Positions 1-14,019 of a stretch of DNA of 64,000 bases are shown piece after piece. Within the stretch, counting starts at the first letter, position 1. Each line of letters starts with the position of its first letter. The DNA comes from Heptranchias perlo (Eukaryota), in assembly GCF_035084215.1 (NCBI RefSeq), contig NC_090333.1, positions 60,574,001-60,638,000 of the forward strand, in the 5' to 3' direction. The notes beneath the pieces were generated by a model. It was not told the DNA's origin. It was given only the letters and a program-made list of their open reading frames with translations, and did not search any database. The position numbers and the translations under genes are program-made.

Positions 1-596
1 CTGAGAATCACTGAACAATAAATTATGCAAACCCTTTCCCCATGCTAAAAAAGAAAGTTGACAGAGGTGCTTCAGGAATAACGCAACTTAAAAATAAAGT
101 GTAAAGTCTGCTACTTTAGTACGTTAACTTCAGACCGTTAGCCTACAGAAAATATTTTTTGCTGATAGATTTATCCAATATAAATGAAGAAAAGGTGCAG
201 GAGATGCACCAAACAACCTGCATTCCTGTATTCTGTGCCATTGTCTGTTGGAACCCCAATATAACATAGATTAGCAGGATCTTATTAATAAATGAACCTT
301 TATTGCTAAAATATAATTTTATATAAATATTATACCATTTGGTAATTAAAGCTCTTACTTACAATAACAGCCAATATTATTGTCAGGGTCACAGGAAACT
401 GCAACAGCCAGGGTAGATCTTTAAGGAGATCTCGCCAAAATTGACTGATGGGTTGTCCAATATGTTTCAATGGTTCAGTGAAAAGTGTTGTTATAGTAAG
501 CATCAGAGCCTAAAAGAAACCAAACAAATTACATCATTGGGTATTTCAAACAAAATTAATACATTTGCATTCTGACCCACTATTATTCATTTTTAC

Positions 597-694
597 CTTG
601 GTTGGAGGAACCTCCAAAACTGGATCCACCAAGAGAGCTTCATAGTATTTTTCACAAGGGTCGTCCTGTAAACTCCATGTTCGCTTGAACCACT
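597..694 (-). CDS. CLCC1: CLCC1 coding exon 7 (gene continues past window start)
   Basis: cag|AG...AAG|gtaaaa; 98 nt, phase 1->0; (E)[32 protein letters not shown] resembles human [32 protein letters not shown]. Confidence 0.93.
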
Positions 695-1189
695 CTGTTT
701 AGAGAAGAATCCAAGAATGTTAAAGAGCTTAGGAATCAAACAAAATCTTCCCTGTTCCTCAAAAATTAGAGTAATGCATAACATTTACAAAATATAAAGA
801 GCCAACATTACATTGATCACCTAGTGCCAAATCTGGCTAACCAATGCTGTTACAGTTTTAATTGGAAAACATCCTTTTTCTCCCCTCAAAAATAGGACAT
901 TTGGGAGGTCTGGAACATCTGTAGCCAACATGACAATACAAAATTAGCTTCTCTATAAATATTTTGCCACAAGGTCTTAAAGAGGTCTGACCCTTTCAGA
1001 TTGGAGCTAAATAGACACTGATAAACAAAGGATCACCAAGATAAAGGATTTTCTTTACAAGGTTTCAACAGTAGTTTTGCAGCCAAATCTATTAATAACA
1101 TTTTTAATCTCCCATGCCTTTGCATCACAGACAAAAGGAACAAATAATATTTCACTTCCTGTCTAAGAAAAAGAGGCAGATGTTCCCTT

Positions 1190-2830
1190 TTAAATATGTC
1201 TATATGTACAAACCTGCCCAGTGAGCCTATAATAATCTACTTTTTACTGTCGGCAGCACTGACATGCTGTGGTCTATCTGATGCTCTCAGCGTGCAACAA
1301 TGCAGTCGTTTTTCTGACAGCCTTGCCACATTTTAGGTTCTCGTGTAAATTTGGTCAAAATAGTTAGGCCATCCCTTATACTCGACTATATTGCTATCAC
1401 TGTCTGTGGCCTTCCCTGACCATACTTCTCCGATTAGCATTAACAGACTGTGCACTTGGTGTCCATATAGCTGTGGATGCTCAGTCATTGAGTATATTCA
1501 AAGACTGAGATCGATAGAATTTTGGACACTAAGGGAATCAAAGGTTATGGGGATAGGATGGGAAAGTGCAGTTGAGTTAGAAGATCAGCCATGATCTTAC
1601 TGAATGACACAGCAGGCTCAAAGGGCCATGTGGCCTACTCCTGCTCCTATTTCCTATGTTCTTATGTTAGTAAATAGCAAATATGGCAACATTTTATCTC
1701 AATCCTTTGGGTTCTGCTCAGTATATGAGCATATCATACTAGTTGGTGCACCATTAAAACTCTCTATAAGCCCATTTGTCTAAGGATGATTTGGAGTGGA
1801 TTGAAATTATTATTTTTTGATAGTGTTACCATAATTGTGTGACTAACAGGCATAAAATCAGCCCCCAAGTGAACAATATCTCTTCTGGGAACCCAACTTG
1901 ATTGAACACATCTAGCAAGGCATCGGCGACAATATCTGTGGTCCATGGACAGGATAGCTTACAGCATCTGGATAATTAGACATGTAGTCTACCATGGCTA
2001 ATATGCACTATTTCCCTAACTGACTTCTGTTAGGCATAGGACCTGCAATATTCATGCCCACTCTTGTGACAGATTCAGTAATAATGGGGAGGGGATGCAA
2101 TGAATCTTTGTTGCAATTTTCCAGTTTACCCATATATTGACTTTGATCATACATTTAACACATTTGGCTGTGTCTTTAAAGTTACTAGGCCAATGAAGGC
2201 TGTTGCACTGATTTTTATACATTTTACTGCCTGATGTCCTGTGAGAAGGATACCATGGGTTACCGATACATCTGTGATACCACTGTCTGTCAGAATTCTT
2301 CCAGTTCCTGATCCACAACAGCTTTGGATTTGTAAAATCGAGCCAAGTCTGACTTCATTACTATACCTTTCCACTGGTTCAGACTTTGTGCCCCTGTCAT
2401 CTTGGGTGGCTTGAGCTTGCACACCCTCTATTGTAAGATCAGTCGACTGAGCCTCTTAATTTTTGGTGCTTTAAACCACCCAAGTTCCCCTGGTTAGTTG
2501 CTTGTTGTGGGATGCTGCATGGGGAAACATCAGCTCCGTCCTGTGCTTTTATTTGACTCAGCATCACTCTGTTAGTAGAAATCTCCTCACCCAGGACCTG
2601 TCTACTGTGTCAGGTGCCATGAGAGCTGAGCTCACTGTTGTGGCTGGTGTTGCTGCTATTTTGGACTGGCTTGGCTTCAGTCTTAGCCTGATTTTGTGTC
2701 ATTATCAAAGCTTTCCCCTCCTCAGCTAAATTAATCTTAACGTTCTGATCATTCAAATCATTCCCCAATAAAACTTTAAACGATACCAGAATAGACGTTC
2801 CTATTTTCTTAACTCCCGACCACAAGTGGA
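1190..2830 (-). mobile_element. Decayed Ty3/Gypsy LTR-retrotransposon integrase region, interrupted by a CR1 3' end
   Basis: Broken minus-strand frames give HGILLTGH...HWPS...KCVKC (HHCC finger), RVGMNIAGP, ILAMVDYMSNYPDAV, VFNQVGFPEEIL, HP*TNGLIESFNG, NPKD*DKMLPYLLF, and beyond the CR1 VLPTVKSRLL*AHWAGLY (GPY/F-like). Confidence 0.75.
1441..1668 (+). mobile_element. CR1 LINE 3' terminal fragment (family A)
   Basis: Matches the 3' ends at 16640-16820 and 34560-34730 (ttcaagactgagatcgatag...ggcctactcctgctcctatttc). Confidence 0.85.
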
Positions 2831-3403
2831 TTTACAGTTGGACCTCAGCCAGTGCTAAAATTGATTGGCCCAGTGAAACTACGAGCTTGGTTTATGTAAG
2901 GCAACTCAAGAGATAACTTTGGCATCATACAAAAAAAAACTCTAGATACAAATCTAAATCCCAATCCAGTTTTTATACTAAACTCACTATTTATATAAAT
3001 ATTATCAAAGAGTAAGTCCATGAATACAAGATTGCTGTCACAGTTTTTCTACTCAAGTATCTGTGTTGCTAGTGGTTTTTCTTTCCTTCAATCCCAACAA
3101 AATTATCTGCCAATTAGTTTGTACTTAGCCCTTTTCTTCAAAACAAAATCTCATTCAGAAACCTCCTTGTACAAACTATAACCAAATAAGTACCAGTATT
3201 GACGATTTTGACATTTTATAGTGTGAAATAATATAATTTAAACAAAATTCTTTGCTGGTGTTGAAGCTGTGTATGTTTGATAAATAATTCTTGCTACTGC
3301 TAACAAGCTGGCATTTTACAGGACCAACCACGAATCAGCAAGAGATATTACATGATAACGGTAATTTCTTTAAATACAAGCTTGCTCAACAAAGCTTACT
3401 CAC

Positions 3404-3503
3404 CAACCAGACTGCCCTTCCAGTCCATGTCCTGTACTCCTGTACACATAGGTTTATCAAGTTGTAACTTGGCAAAATTTGCTTGTCGCTTAGCAAAAGC
3501 TGT
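3404..3503 (-). CDS. CLCC1: CLCC1 coding exon 6
   Basis: ttttttgcag|ACA...GTT G|gtgagt; 100 nt; TAFAKRQANFAKLQLDKPMCTGVQDMDWKGSLV resembles human LAFAQHQAEVAKM...C.KKMDWTGS. Confidence 0.92.
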
Positions 3504-4004
3504 CTGCAAAAAAAAGTTTTTCAACTTCAAGACTTACATTCTAAAAATTAATTGCATGGCTGCACTATTTGCATAGAGTATATTTTATGGAGTCCCCAAA
3601 ACTCAGTGAATTTGAGGCAACCCGATGTGTTGTTATATAGAAGTGCTCTATATCCTATATAGAACAATTCTAAGAAATACATCAGGAATCCTTGTCTTCA
3701 TGGATCTTCACAGAATCCTGGAAAAAAGATGTTTTGTGCAAAAAATGCCTTCTGTGCAAAATATGCAGCCTAATAGGAAAAGAACAGGAATATTGACTCA
3801 TATGCAAGGTTTTTTTATACATTCATTTTTTGTGAATTGTTGTGCCCACATGGGCAACATCTGGCATCGGTACAGGCTTCCTCTGATATTAAAACCAAAA
3901 CCAGGTAACTTTGAGTGCATACCCCACATCTACTTTATGGTACGGCTCGCCAGGGAGGTCAGCAATGGGTAATGAAATGCTGTTTCCACTACTGCATCCA
4001 GTAT

Positions 4005-4345
4005 GAAAATTGAGCATTCCCACATCAGATGCAGCACAGCCATATGCGGCATAAGGCTCTTTCTATTCTCTCTCAAAATATGTCTTAACTATAACCTCAG
4101 ACACAAAACTATGATTTTTCCTCTTGCACACCAATCATCCTTTCTATTAAGCCAGCCTTTTTGAGATTGCCAATTCAGTGCCAAATCATGAACTGTTTTG
4201 TGCTAATGGGCCGGCATCCACCAGAAACTGAGTTTAAACTGTTCAAATTCACATAGGACTCTTACAGCCAGCAAAAAAAGAGAAACTTTCATCCCATCTG
4301 GGCTAGGTTCCAATCTGGGTTCCAAGGATGAGAGAACAGTGAAAA
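4005..4345 (-). mobile_element. tRNA-derived SINE resembling LF-SINE
   Basis: Minus strand has gatgggatgaaagt...cctatgtgaa...cagtttctggtgga...ttggcactgaattggca, shared with the copy at 50133-50345; family name from recalled consensus. Confidence 0.55.
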
Positions 4346-4404
4346 AAGGTATCCTAGAACGGTCATCTACATCTGCAGAGACCTGAAGTAGAAAACAAAT
4401 TAAT

Positions 4405-6630
4405 AGTATCATAGTAGGTACAGTAAAGGAGGAGGCCATTCGGCCCATCGTGCCTGTGCTGGCTCTTTGAAAGTCCCATTTCCCTGCTCTTCCCCCATAG
4501 CCCTGTAAATTTTTCCCTTCAAGTAATTATCCAATTCCCTTTTGAAAGTTACTATTGAATCTGTTTCCATCCCCCTTTCAGGCAGTGCATTCCAGACCAT
4601 TACAACTCGCTGCGTAAAAAAATGTTTCCTCATGTCGCCTCCAGCTCTTTTGCCAATCACCTTAAATCTGTATCCTCTGGTTACCGACCTTTCTGCCACT
4701 GGAAACAGTTTCTCCTTATTTACTCTATCAAAACCGTTCATGATTTTGAACACCTCTATCAAATCTCCCCTTAACCTTCTCTGTTCTAAGGAGAACAACC
4801 CCAGCTTCTCCAGTCTCTCCACATAACTGAAGTCCCTCATCCCTGATACCATTCTAGTAAATCTCTTCTGCATCCTTTCCAAGGCCTTGACATCCTTCCT
4901 AAAGTGTGGTGACCAGAATTGAACACAATACTCAAGCTGAGGCCTAACCAGTGTTTTATAAAAATTAGCATAACTTCCTTGCTTTTGTACTTTATGCCTC
5001 TATTAATAAAGCACAGGATCCCATATGCTTTTTTAACAGCCTTCTCAACTTGTCCTGCCACCTTCAAAGATTTGTGTAAGTGCATCCCCAGATCTCTCTG
5101 TTCCTGCACCCCCTTTAAAATTGTACCATTTAGTTTATATTGCCTCTCCTCATTCCTCCTACCAAAAAGCATCACTTCACACTTCTCTAAGTTAAATTTC
5201 ATCTGCCATGTGTCTGCCCATTTCACCAGTCTGTCTATATCCTCCTGAAGTCTGTTACTATCCTCCACATTGTTTACTACATTTCCGAGTTTCGTGTCAT
5301 TTGCAAACTTTGAAATTATACCCTCTATACTCAAGTCCAGGTCATTAATACGCATCAAAAAAAGCAGTGGTCCTAATTTCTAGTCTTAAATGTGAGTATA
5401 TCCAGTAACAATTGGGGAACACCACTGTATACTTCCATCCAGTCTGAAAAACAACCATTCACCACAACTCTCTGTTTTCTGTCCCCTAGCCAATTTTGTA
5501 TCCACGCTGCCACTGTCCCATTAATCCCATGGGCTTTAATTTTGCTAACAGGTCTATTACATGGTACTTTATCAAATGCCTTTCGAAAGTCCATATACAC
5601 ATCAACTGCACTATCCTCATCAACCCTCTCCATTAACTCATCAAAGAACTCAATCAAGTTAGTCAAACAAGATTTTCCTTTAAGAAATCTGTGCTGACTT
5701 TCATTTAATAGCCCATACTTTTCCAAGTGCCAATTAATTTTGTCCTGGATTATTGTCTCTAAAAGTTTCCCCACCACCTATGTTAGGCTGACTGGCCTGT
5801 AATTGCCGGGTTTATCCTTCTACCCTTTTTTGAAGAGGGGTGTAACATTTCCAATCCTCTAGTCCTCCAGCACCGTCCCCATATCTAAGGAGGATTGGAA
5901 GAATGTGGCCAGAGTCTCCACAATTTCCACCCTTATTTCCCTCAGTAACCTAGGAGGCATCCTATCTGGACCGGGTGACTTTTCTACTTTGAGTACTGCC
6001 AGTCTTTTAAGAATCTCCTCTTTATCTATTTTTATCCTATTCAATATCACTACTACCTCTTCCTTTACTGCTACAATGGCAGCATCCTCTTCTCTAATGA
6101 AGACGGATGTGAAGTATTCATTTAGTACCTCAGCCATGCCCTCTGCCTCCACAAGAAGATCTCCTTTATTGTCCCTAATCGGTCCCACACTTCCTTTGAC
6201 TACCTTTTTACTATTTATATGTTTATAAAAGACTTTTGGGTTCCCTATTATGTTAGCTGTTAAGCTATTCTCATACACTCTCTTTGCCCCTCTTTTTCCC
6301 TTTTTTAGATCTCCTCTGTACTTTCTATATTCAGCCTGGTTTTCTACCATATTATGAACCGTACATTCGTCACAAGCCTCCTTTTTCTGTTTCATTTTAA
6401 TCTCTATATCTTTAGTCATCCAGGGAGCTCCAGCTTTCAATGCCCTTCCTTTCCCCCTCGTGGGGATGTGTCTACTCTGTACCCGAACCAACTCCTCCTT
6501 GAAAGCATCCCTATTGTTCAATGACTGTTTTGCCTACCAATTTTTGATTCCAATCCACCTGGACAAGATCCCTATTTAACTCACTGAATTTTACCCTCTA
6601 CCAGTTAAGCATGTTCCTTGTCCTTTTCCA
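4405..6630 (-). mobile_element. CR1 LINE, 5'-truncated, frameshifted ORF2 (RT)
   Basis: ORFs 5859-6521 (KSPGPD), 5373-5777 (GKSCLTNL, YMDFRKAFDKV, SGVPQ), 4837-5358 (KFANDTKL), 4409-4882 (LEQRRLRGDLIE, FFTQRVV); CR1 tail gatgggccgaatggcctcc. Confidence 0.95.
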
Positions 6631-7281
6631 TAAGATATTCAAGGTTTAGAATAGTTAATAAAACATGTAGCTTTTTAATCCCTATGTAAGTTAAAGATCA
6701 AAGATTTCAAATGAAACAATAATCCTTCCTCAGTGATTACAATGCTGGACTTGTAATTAAAAAGCTGTAGGTTAAAGTCCCTGGACTGCAAGAGGTATGA
6801 AGTTCTCTCCCCTCATTTTGTGGCCAGATACAGAGTGACATAGACAAAGTCCTGGGAGGTCATCTTCTTGGTCAGGGGATAGAGGATTCTAAAGAAAAAG
6901 GACCTGGATAACAATTTACAACTTATTTAAAAAAAAAGAGGGCTCACGGGTCAAACTTCTAGTTGAAATCGAAGCATTAACCACGTGAATTAATGGGCCA
7001 AAGTTACAGAGTTTCTGAACAGATCTGAAAATCTAGCAGTCAAACTGTCTTCTAGTATTAATCAATTATACCAGTACAATGGAGGACGTAGTGACCCAAA
7101 TTGAGGAAAATGGCAATGTTTCACAAAAATTTTGAAAAACAGAGAGCTAAAGCTATTAATATATTGATCTTTGAATTTAAAATTGGTATTCGATGTGCAA
7201 TTATTTGACAGGGCCTAGAAATCAAGCAAAAACATATGACTATATGTTAGATGAGATAAACCAAATCATAGACTTCTGTAC

Positions 7282-7419
7282 CTTGTATAAAAACATCCAG
7301 TTCCAAACAAAACTAATCAGGAAGCAGTACAAGAAGAAGCGAAAAGGCCGTGTAAATGGTGAGGCGACAGTCCATACAGTCCGTATAATTATAACAATAC
7401 AAGTCAGGCTGGCCGACGA
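7282..7419 (-). CDS. CLCC1: CLCC1 coding exon 5 (hydrophobic/TM segments)
   Basis: ttctccccag|TCG...TAC AAG|gtacag; 138 nt, phase 0; ends FLISFVWNWMFLYK (human FLFSLGWNWMYLYK). Confidence 0.9.
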
Positions 7420-7773
7420 CTGGGGAGAAAATGAAAAAAAGTATGTTAAAGGGATACCAAATTACTCGCAATTAAAGCCTATAGACCCAGTTAACATATA
7501 ACATATTTAAATTCACACTGCAATGTATTGTATATTTAACTGGCAGTTTAGTGTGAGACAATTTCCTAGCCTTTGGTGTAGAGGGAGAAATTGAACCACA
7601 AAAGCATAGGAACCAGGGCAAAATGGAACCACAAGCAACTGCCGGAGCATGTTGGTAAAGAGACCAACTACCTTCACTGTTGCGAGGAGCTGAATGTAGT
7701 TTTAAAACTAAGCAGGCCCTTTACTGCTGTCATTATACATTAGCTGGTGCTGTTTTCTATGTGTCCTTATCTT

Positions 7774-8550
7774 TCAACTTGGTTCAGTGTTAGCATTCTT
7801 ACATGAGTCAGAAGGTAATTGGTTCAAACACCACTGCAGGACTTGAGCACATAATCTAGCCTGACACTTCAGTGCAGTATTAAGTGCTGTATTGTCGGGG
7901 GCACGGTGTTTCAGATGAGACATTAAACCTTCTTGTTCAGGTTGATGTGAAAGATCACATGGCACTATTTGAAGACTAGAGTGCCCTTATTATTATTTGT
8001 TACATAGAAATTACACCACAGAAGCAGGCCATTAGGCCCAACTGGTCTATGCCGATGTTTATGTTCCACCCGAGCCTCCTCCCACCCTACTTCATCTGAT
8101 CCCATCAGCATTTCCTTTTATTTCTTTCTCCCTCATGTACTTATCTAGCTTCCCCTTAGATGCATCTATTCTATTCACCTACATGTGGTAACAAGTTCCA
8201 CATTGTAACCGTTCTCTGGGTAAAGAAGGTTCTCCTGAATTCCTTATTGGATTTATTAGTTTTTATTGTCTTTCTCCCAATATTTAACATGTTCATGGCA
8301 CAAGGCAATTTCAATCAGCAGTACCTTTACGTCCTGGTCAACATTTATCCTTCAAGCAGCATCACTAAAACAGATTAACTGGTCAGTTATCTCATTGCTG
8401 TTTGTGGGACCTCACTGTGTGCAAATTGGCTGCCACTTTTCCCTACATAACAGTAATTACACTTCAAAAGTAATTCATTGGCTGTGAAGTACTTTGGGAC
8501 ATTGTGAGGATGTGAAAGGCTTTATGAAAATGCCAGTTCTTTCTCTCTTC
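7774..8550 (+). mobile_element. Deu-domain tRNA-SINE (SacSINE1-like) split by a minus-strand CR1 tail (about 8003-8260)
   Basis: tRNA head plus ttcagatgagacattaaac...gatcacatggcact at 7774-7977; resumes gtcctggtcaacatttatcc at 8330; matches the copy at 47989. Confidence 0.75.
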
Positions 8551-8761
8551 TCTATTTCTGAAAATAAATGTAGGTTGTTAATTCGGAATCAGAGATCAGC
8601 TCAACTCTAATGTATTGATATTAGTGTTTTAGAGTGGCTTGAAAAAAAATTAAAGTACAGTGGACACTAATGACCTAAGATCAAAAGGGTACAAGACTTT
8701 AGTCATGACAGGAGACCATAGGACAGATTAACTGGTCATTTTCAAAAATGTTATTTTTTAA

Positions 8762-9190
8762 AAGAAAGATTTGCATTTATATAGCGACTTTCACGACCTC
8801 AGGACGTCCCAAAGTGATTTACAGCCATTGAAGTACTTTTGAAGTGTAGTCACTGTTGTAATGTAGGAAAACATGGCAGCTAATTTGCGCACAGCAAGGT
8901 CTCACAAACAGTAAGAAAAATGACCAGATAATCTGTTTTAGAGATGTTAGTTGAGGGATAAATATTGGCCAGACACTGGGGAGAACTCCCCTGCTCTTCT
9001 TCAAAATTTTTTATGTTCAACTGAGAGGGCAGATGGGCCTCGGTTTAACCTCTCATCCGAAAGACGGCACCTCCGACAGTGCAGCACTGGAGAGTCAGCC
9101 TAGTTCTGTACTCAAGTCACTGGAGTGAGACTTGAACCTACAATCTTCTGACTCAGAGGCATGAGTGCTACCAACTGAGTCACGGCTGAC
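8762..9190 (-). mobile_element. Deu-domain SINE (SacSINE1-like), near full length
   Basis: Minus strand ggaggtgccgtctttcggatgagagg (Deu core); 3' tail gaaagtcgctatataaatgcaa. Confidence 0.85.
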
Positions 9191-9467
9191 ATTGTTCTAT
9201 GTAAGTATGCTGGCCTGACCAATCTTGATTAACATGCATATGAAAATCCTGGCCAATTTTAAGGTTGAATGAAGATGAATTGGTGAGTAACTTTGGTTCC
9301 CCAATGACTCATTGGAAAACTCAACCACTCCAATCTAATTGATACTAACAGTCAGACGTTAACTGGGACTCATTTTCACAATTTAAACCAATTTCCTATT
9401 TCATAAGCTGGCTTTTAGCCCCTTTATAAATTCACAATGCTACAACTTAAACTAATTTCCTCTATTA

Positions 9468-9608
9468 CAAAAGCAAAATATTGCAGATGTTGGAATTCTG
9501 AAATAAAAACAGAAAATGCTGGAAACACAGCAGGTCAGGCAGCATCTGTGCAGAGAGATAACATTTGAAACATAGATGCTGGGTGTTTCCAGCATTTTTG
9601 TTTTTATT
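9468..9608. repeat. Fold-back non-autonomous element, probably Penelope-derived (relatives at 24678-24793, 34780-34890, 62868-63055)
   Basis: aataaaaacagaaaatgctggaaacac...gtgtttccagcatttttgtttttatt inverted arms. Confidence 0.7.
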
Positions 9609-10110
9609 CCACTTTCCTCTATTGTCTTGTAGGGTTGTAACAAAATTCAGAGAGTGCCTCTTGGAACTGAGGTGGTGTAGTGGAGTCTCCAAGCAGGTTT
9701 AGAAGGAATGGTTCCCAAAATAAAAGCAGTATTTTACTTCATAATTAATAAGTCACTTGATTTGAAGTCTCCCATGTGATATTAGAGACTAAGTTATAAA
9801 ATCAATTATTCCTTCACTGACATGAGGAAAGCGAGGAGAAAATCAAACTTCTGGTTCTGCTGTTTTGGGGCAAGATTTGACATCAGCAGGAATCAATTAT
9901 GGCTGCAATGCAATGAAATACAACAAGATTGCACTTTATCGCTGGACTGTTCATGCAACAATCAGGAACAAAGAACAAAGAAAACTAATGTATATGAAAC
10001 ATGAGCTGATATTTTTCAGCAGCCTCAGATTGTATGAAATTTATGCAGTTATTTTCAACATACAAAATAAATCATGTTTTAATATGAAAACCAAGAATTG
10101 CCACTCTCAC

Positions 10111-10326
10111 CAGAAATGCTGTTGAGGGATCCACGCCAAATGTGTCCTCAAACTTCCATTTCCAAGCTTCGTGATTATGATGTTTAAAATTAATTAGAAG
10201 TTTACTCAGTGCATCATCCAAAGCACCAGCTTTCCATGCTTTAACATTGAGAAACTTCTTAATCTCAATCACATCCTGTTTTGTAATGATAATCTCTGCA
10301 TCATAATGAACTTCATTGTTATCAGG
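10111..10326 (-). CDS. CLCC1: CLCC1 coding exon 4
   Basis: ttcctctag|CCT...CTG|gtgaga; 216 nt; [26 protein letters not shown]...[34 protein letters not shown]. Confidence 0.95.
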
Positions 10327-12121
10327 CTAGAGGAAAAAAGTGGGAAAAAGAGTGTAAGGCTATTTAGTATTTTTATTGCAGCAATAGTACAAAATAGAAC
10401 CTGTATACAAAACCCCTGAAACCGTATGATCTGTTTTTATATAACTGAAATAGTCTAGCATCTTAATAGTTTTGATTTCAAAGCAGCCAAGTAGCACTGA
10501 GAGCCAAAATAATTGGCTCATCCAGAGCAAGAATACTCCTAATTTGTTGATTAAAGGGCAAGACTGACAGTGGTTGCTAAGAGACCCACCATGAGGATCG
10601 ACCTGTGCCTCTGTGGTGAACTAAATGGTACTCGAATGTTTTAAAAATGGGATTCTTGTTTATATTGGTCAACACTGAGAAATCTCTGGAGTCATCCATT
10701 CTTTAAACATTATAAGAACCAAAGGTAAAAAAGTGATAAAGTCCATCAGTCCCATTTCTTACACAAATTGCATGCAGTCTGCCATATTATTAATTTACCC
10801 CACTTACTTAATCTCCAGAGGTAATTGACCATAGTTAAAATTTCTTAAATTTTTAAAAATGAAATTTCTCCCTGATCATCAAAGTAAATCTTATGAAACT
10901 CCAACATTCAGCCTACATTATTGAACCCCCTCCAGTTGCTTCACATATACATTTCCACAGTACTAGCAATCTGGAAACTGCAACATTACAGCAGCATTTA
11001 ATCATCTCTACCTTCTCCCTTGTGGCCTTCATACAGTGTGTTTTTTTAAAAGTTATGCAACACAAGATTAACAGGTTTTACTGGAGTGCTGCCTAGAAAT
11101 TACCATCTGTGATATTAATATTCAAACATTCATGGTATTTGGAGAACAAGTGTTTGAGGCACAGAGTTTTGATAGGTAGGAGCTACATGGCTCTGTTTGA
11201 GCATAAAGTGGAATTTCCATTTGGAAGTGAGTAAGGGAGGAGTGTTTAATCAGAAGTGGAAGAGGCGACTACAGAAAGAGAGTGATGGCTACAGCTGCAC
11301 CTTTACTTGGGCTCAGGGCCTATGCTCTTATTTGGCAGCATTTCCATTACATGGGAGGAAAGACTGAGGGTTTTTGGAAGAATTTTTGAAAAAAATTTTG
11401 TTAAGACTGTCTTTTGCGGTCAAGACTGTTATCCTTTATCTAAAGATTTTTTGTCGTAATACTTGTGGTCAGATGTTTTGAAGACTTAAAAAAAAGTACA
11501 AACAACCAGAGTAGCAGCCTGCAACTAGGGGGAAGTCTTGGTTTACGATGTTGCTGGGATCAAATTAGAGCTGTATGGTGAGAAACTGAGCCACTCAAGT
11601 TATGACCATTCTAAAGTCTACTGAAATGAGAGAAAATATCCAATGCAGTGACTACAGTATGTGTACCTGTAAAGTTTCTTTGGGTGGGAGGTTGAAAGGA
11701 GGTATCATGGTCTCTTTACTTGCTGCAAATATTTTAATTTTCTTTCATAAGTCTCAGTCTTAACAACAATTCACCAGATACCAGTATTACTCCAAATACC
11801 ATTCATAAGCCCAACAAAGAAAAAGCCTAACCCTGCCAAAAATAAAAACAAGGGGACGCTTGACAGGGAAGCATACTCCACCTTCCCAGGTAAGTATTAA
11901 TTGGACCTGACTCTTCCGCGATCAAAGGAGATCAGGCGTTTTTGGAGTAGTTTGGCCATAGGCCTAACCCAAGGTAGTCCTATCTGAAGCAGGCTTAAGG
12001 AGTTAGAAGAACTTATCTCCACTGGAACCTAGCTGTTAGGTAATAGGGCAGGAAACAGACCCAGGTGTAACAGTTGGAAAAATGAATAGTAGGACTAGAA
12101 GTCACGCCTTTAAAATTTTTA

Positions 12122-13447
12122 AAAATTCATTCATGGGATGCGGGCATCGCTGGCGAGGCCAGCATTTATTGCCCATCCCTAATTGCCCTTGAGAAGATGG
12201 TGGTGAGCCGCATTCTTGAACCGCTGCAGTCTGTGTGGCGAAGGTTCTCCCACAGTGCTGTTAGGAAGGGAGTTCCAGGATTTTGACCCAGCGACAATGA
12301 AGGAACGGCGATATATTTCCAAGTCGGGATGGTGTGTGACTTGGAGGGGAACGTGCAGGTGGTGTTGTTCCCATGTTCCTGCTGCTCTTGTCCTTCTAGG
12401 CGGTAGAGGTCGCGGGTTTGGGAGTTGCTGCAGTGCATCCTGAGGATGGTACATACTGCAGCTACGGTGCGCCGGTGGTGAAGGGAGTGAATGACGGTGG
12501 TGGACAGGGTGCCAATCAAGCAGGCTGCTTTGTCCTGGATGGTGTCGAGCTTCTTGAGTGTTGCTGGAGCTGCGCTCATCCAGGCAATTGGAGAGTATTC
12601 CATCACACTCCTGACTTGTGCCTTGTAGATGGTGGAAAGGTTTTGGGGAGTCAGGAGGTGAGTCACTCGTCACAGAATACCCAGCCTCTGACCTGCTCTT
12701 GTAGCCACAGTATTTATATGGCTGGTCCAGTTAAGTTTCTGGTCAATGGTGACTCTCAGGATGTTGATGTTGGGGGATTCAGTGATGGTAATGCCGTTGA
12801 ATGTCATGGGGAGGTGGTTAGACTCTCTCTTGTTGGAGATGGTCATTGCCTGGCACTTGTCTGGCGCGAATGTTACATGCCACTTATGAGCCCAAGCCTT
12901 GATGTTGTCCAGGTCTTGCTGCATGTGGGCATGGACTGCTTCATTATCTGAGGAGTTGTGAATGGAACTGAACACTGTGCAATCATCAGCTAACATCCCC
13001 ATTTCTGATCTTATGATGGAGGGAAGGTCATTGATGAAGCAACTAAAGATGGTTGGGCCTAGGACACTGCCCTGAGGAACTCCTGCAGCAATGTCCTGGG
13101 GCTGAGATGATTGGCCTCCAACAACCACTACCATCTTCCTTTGTGCTAGGTATGACACCAGTCACTGGAGAGTTTTCCCCCTGATTCCCATTGACTTCAA
13201 TTTTACTAGGGCTCCTTGGTGTCACACTCGGTCAAATGCTGCCTTGATGTCAAGGGCAGTCACTCTCACCTCACCTCTGGAATTCAGCTCTTTTGTCCAT
13301 GTTTGGACCAAGGCTGCAATGAGGTCTGGAGCTGAGTGGTCCTGGCAGAACCCAAACTGAGCATCGGTGAGCAGGTTATTGGTGAGTAAGTGCCACTTGA
13401 TAGTACTGTCGACAACACCTTCCATCACTTTGCTGATGATTGAGAGG
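12122..13447 (-). mobile_element. CR1-group LINE, family B, 3' 1.3 kb
   Basis: [41 protein letters not shown]; tail gggatgggcaataaatgctggcctcgccagcg. Confidence 0.93.
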
Positions 13448-14019
13448 CAGAGTTAGGTTACACACTAGGAAGCATTTATTTTTGCAGAGACATCGCCCTC
13501 TTGAACAAACTGCTGAGACATATGGTGAAAGGGAACTTGACAAGTTCCTGAAAGAAGATGACATTTCCAGTTAAAGAGGACAAATTGGTACTTATTTGGC
13601 CTTATGATGAGTCATGGGCAACTGTGATTTTTTTTAGGAATTGGGATGGAATATCCCAACGTTTTTCTGATTTGGCCAGTGTTTTGCCCCTCTCAGGAGA
13701 GGGCATTGCTAGGGTGGATGGTGAGTGAGGTTACGACGTCAACTGATAAGGATTGGTTTAATTAGCTTGATGGTTTTTCCACATCCTTTTTATAATTTCA
13801 TATATTGCAGTCATTTCTAGATATAAATTCTACATTTCTAATATTCTCTCAATACTAATTTCTTATGATCATTAGCTTTTTCTCAAAGCCTGTTGATTTG
13901 TGCAGTCGGATGTAGTTTATCCATGATTTATTAAACCAAACGGCTAGGGATCCGAACAATTTTTGTCCTGATAAAAATTATTTATCTACAGACTATCCCT
14001 TGGTAACATTTTCTGGACG

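Noticed and set aside
4542-6228. Plus-strand ORFs overlapping CR1s (similar cases at 12418, 16376, 30533, 41864)
   Set aside because: Antisense shadows of LINE ORF2
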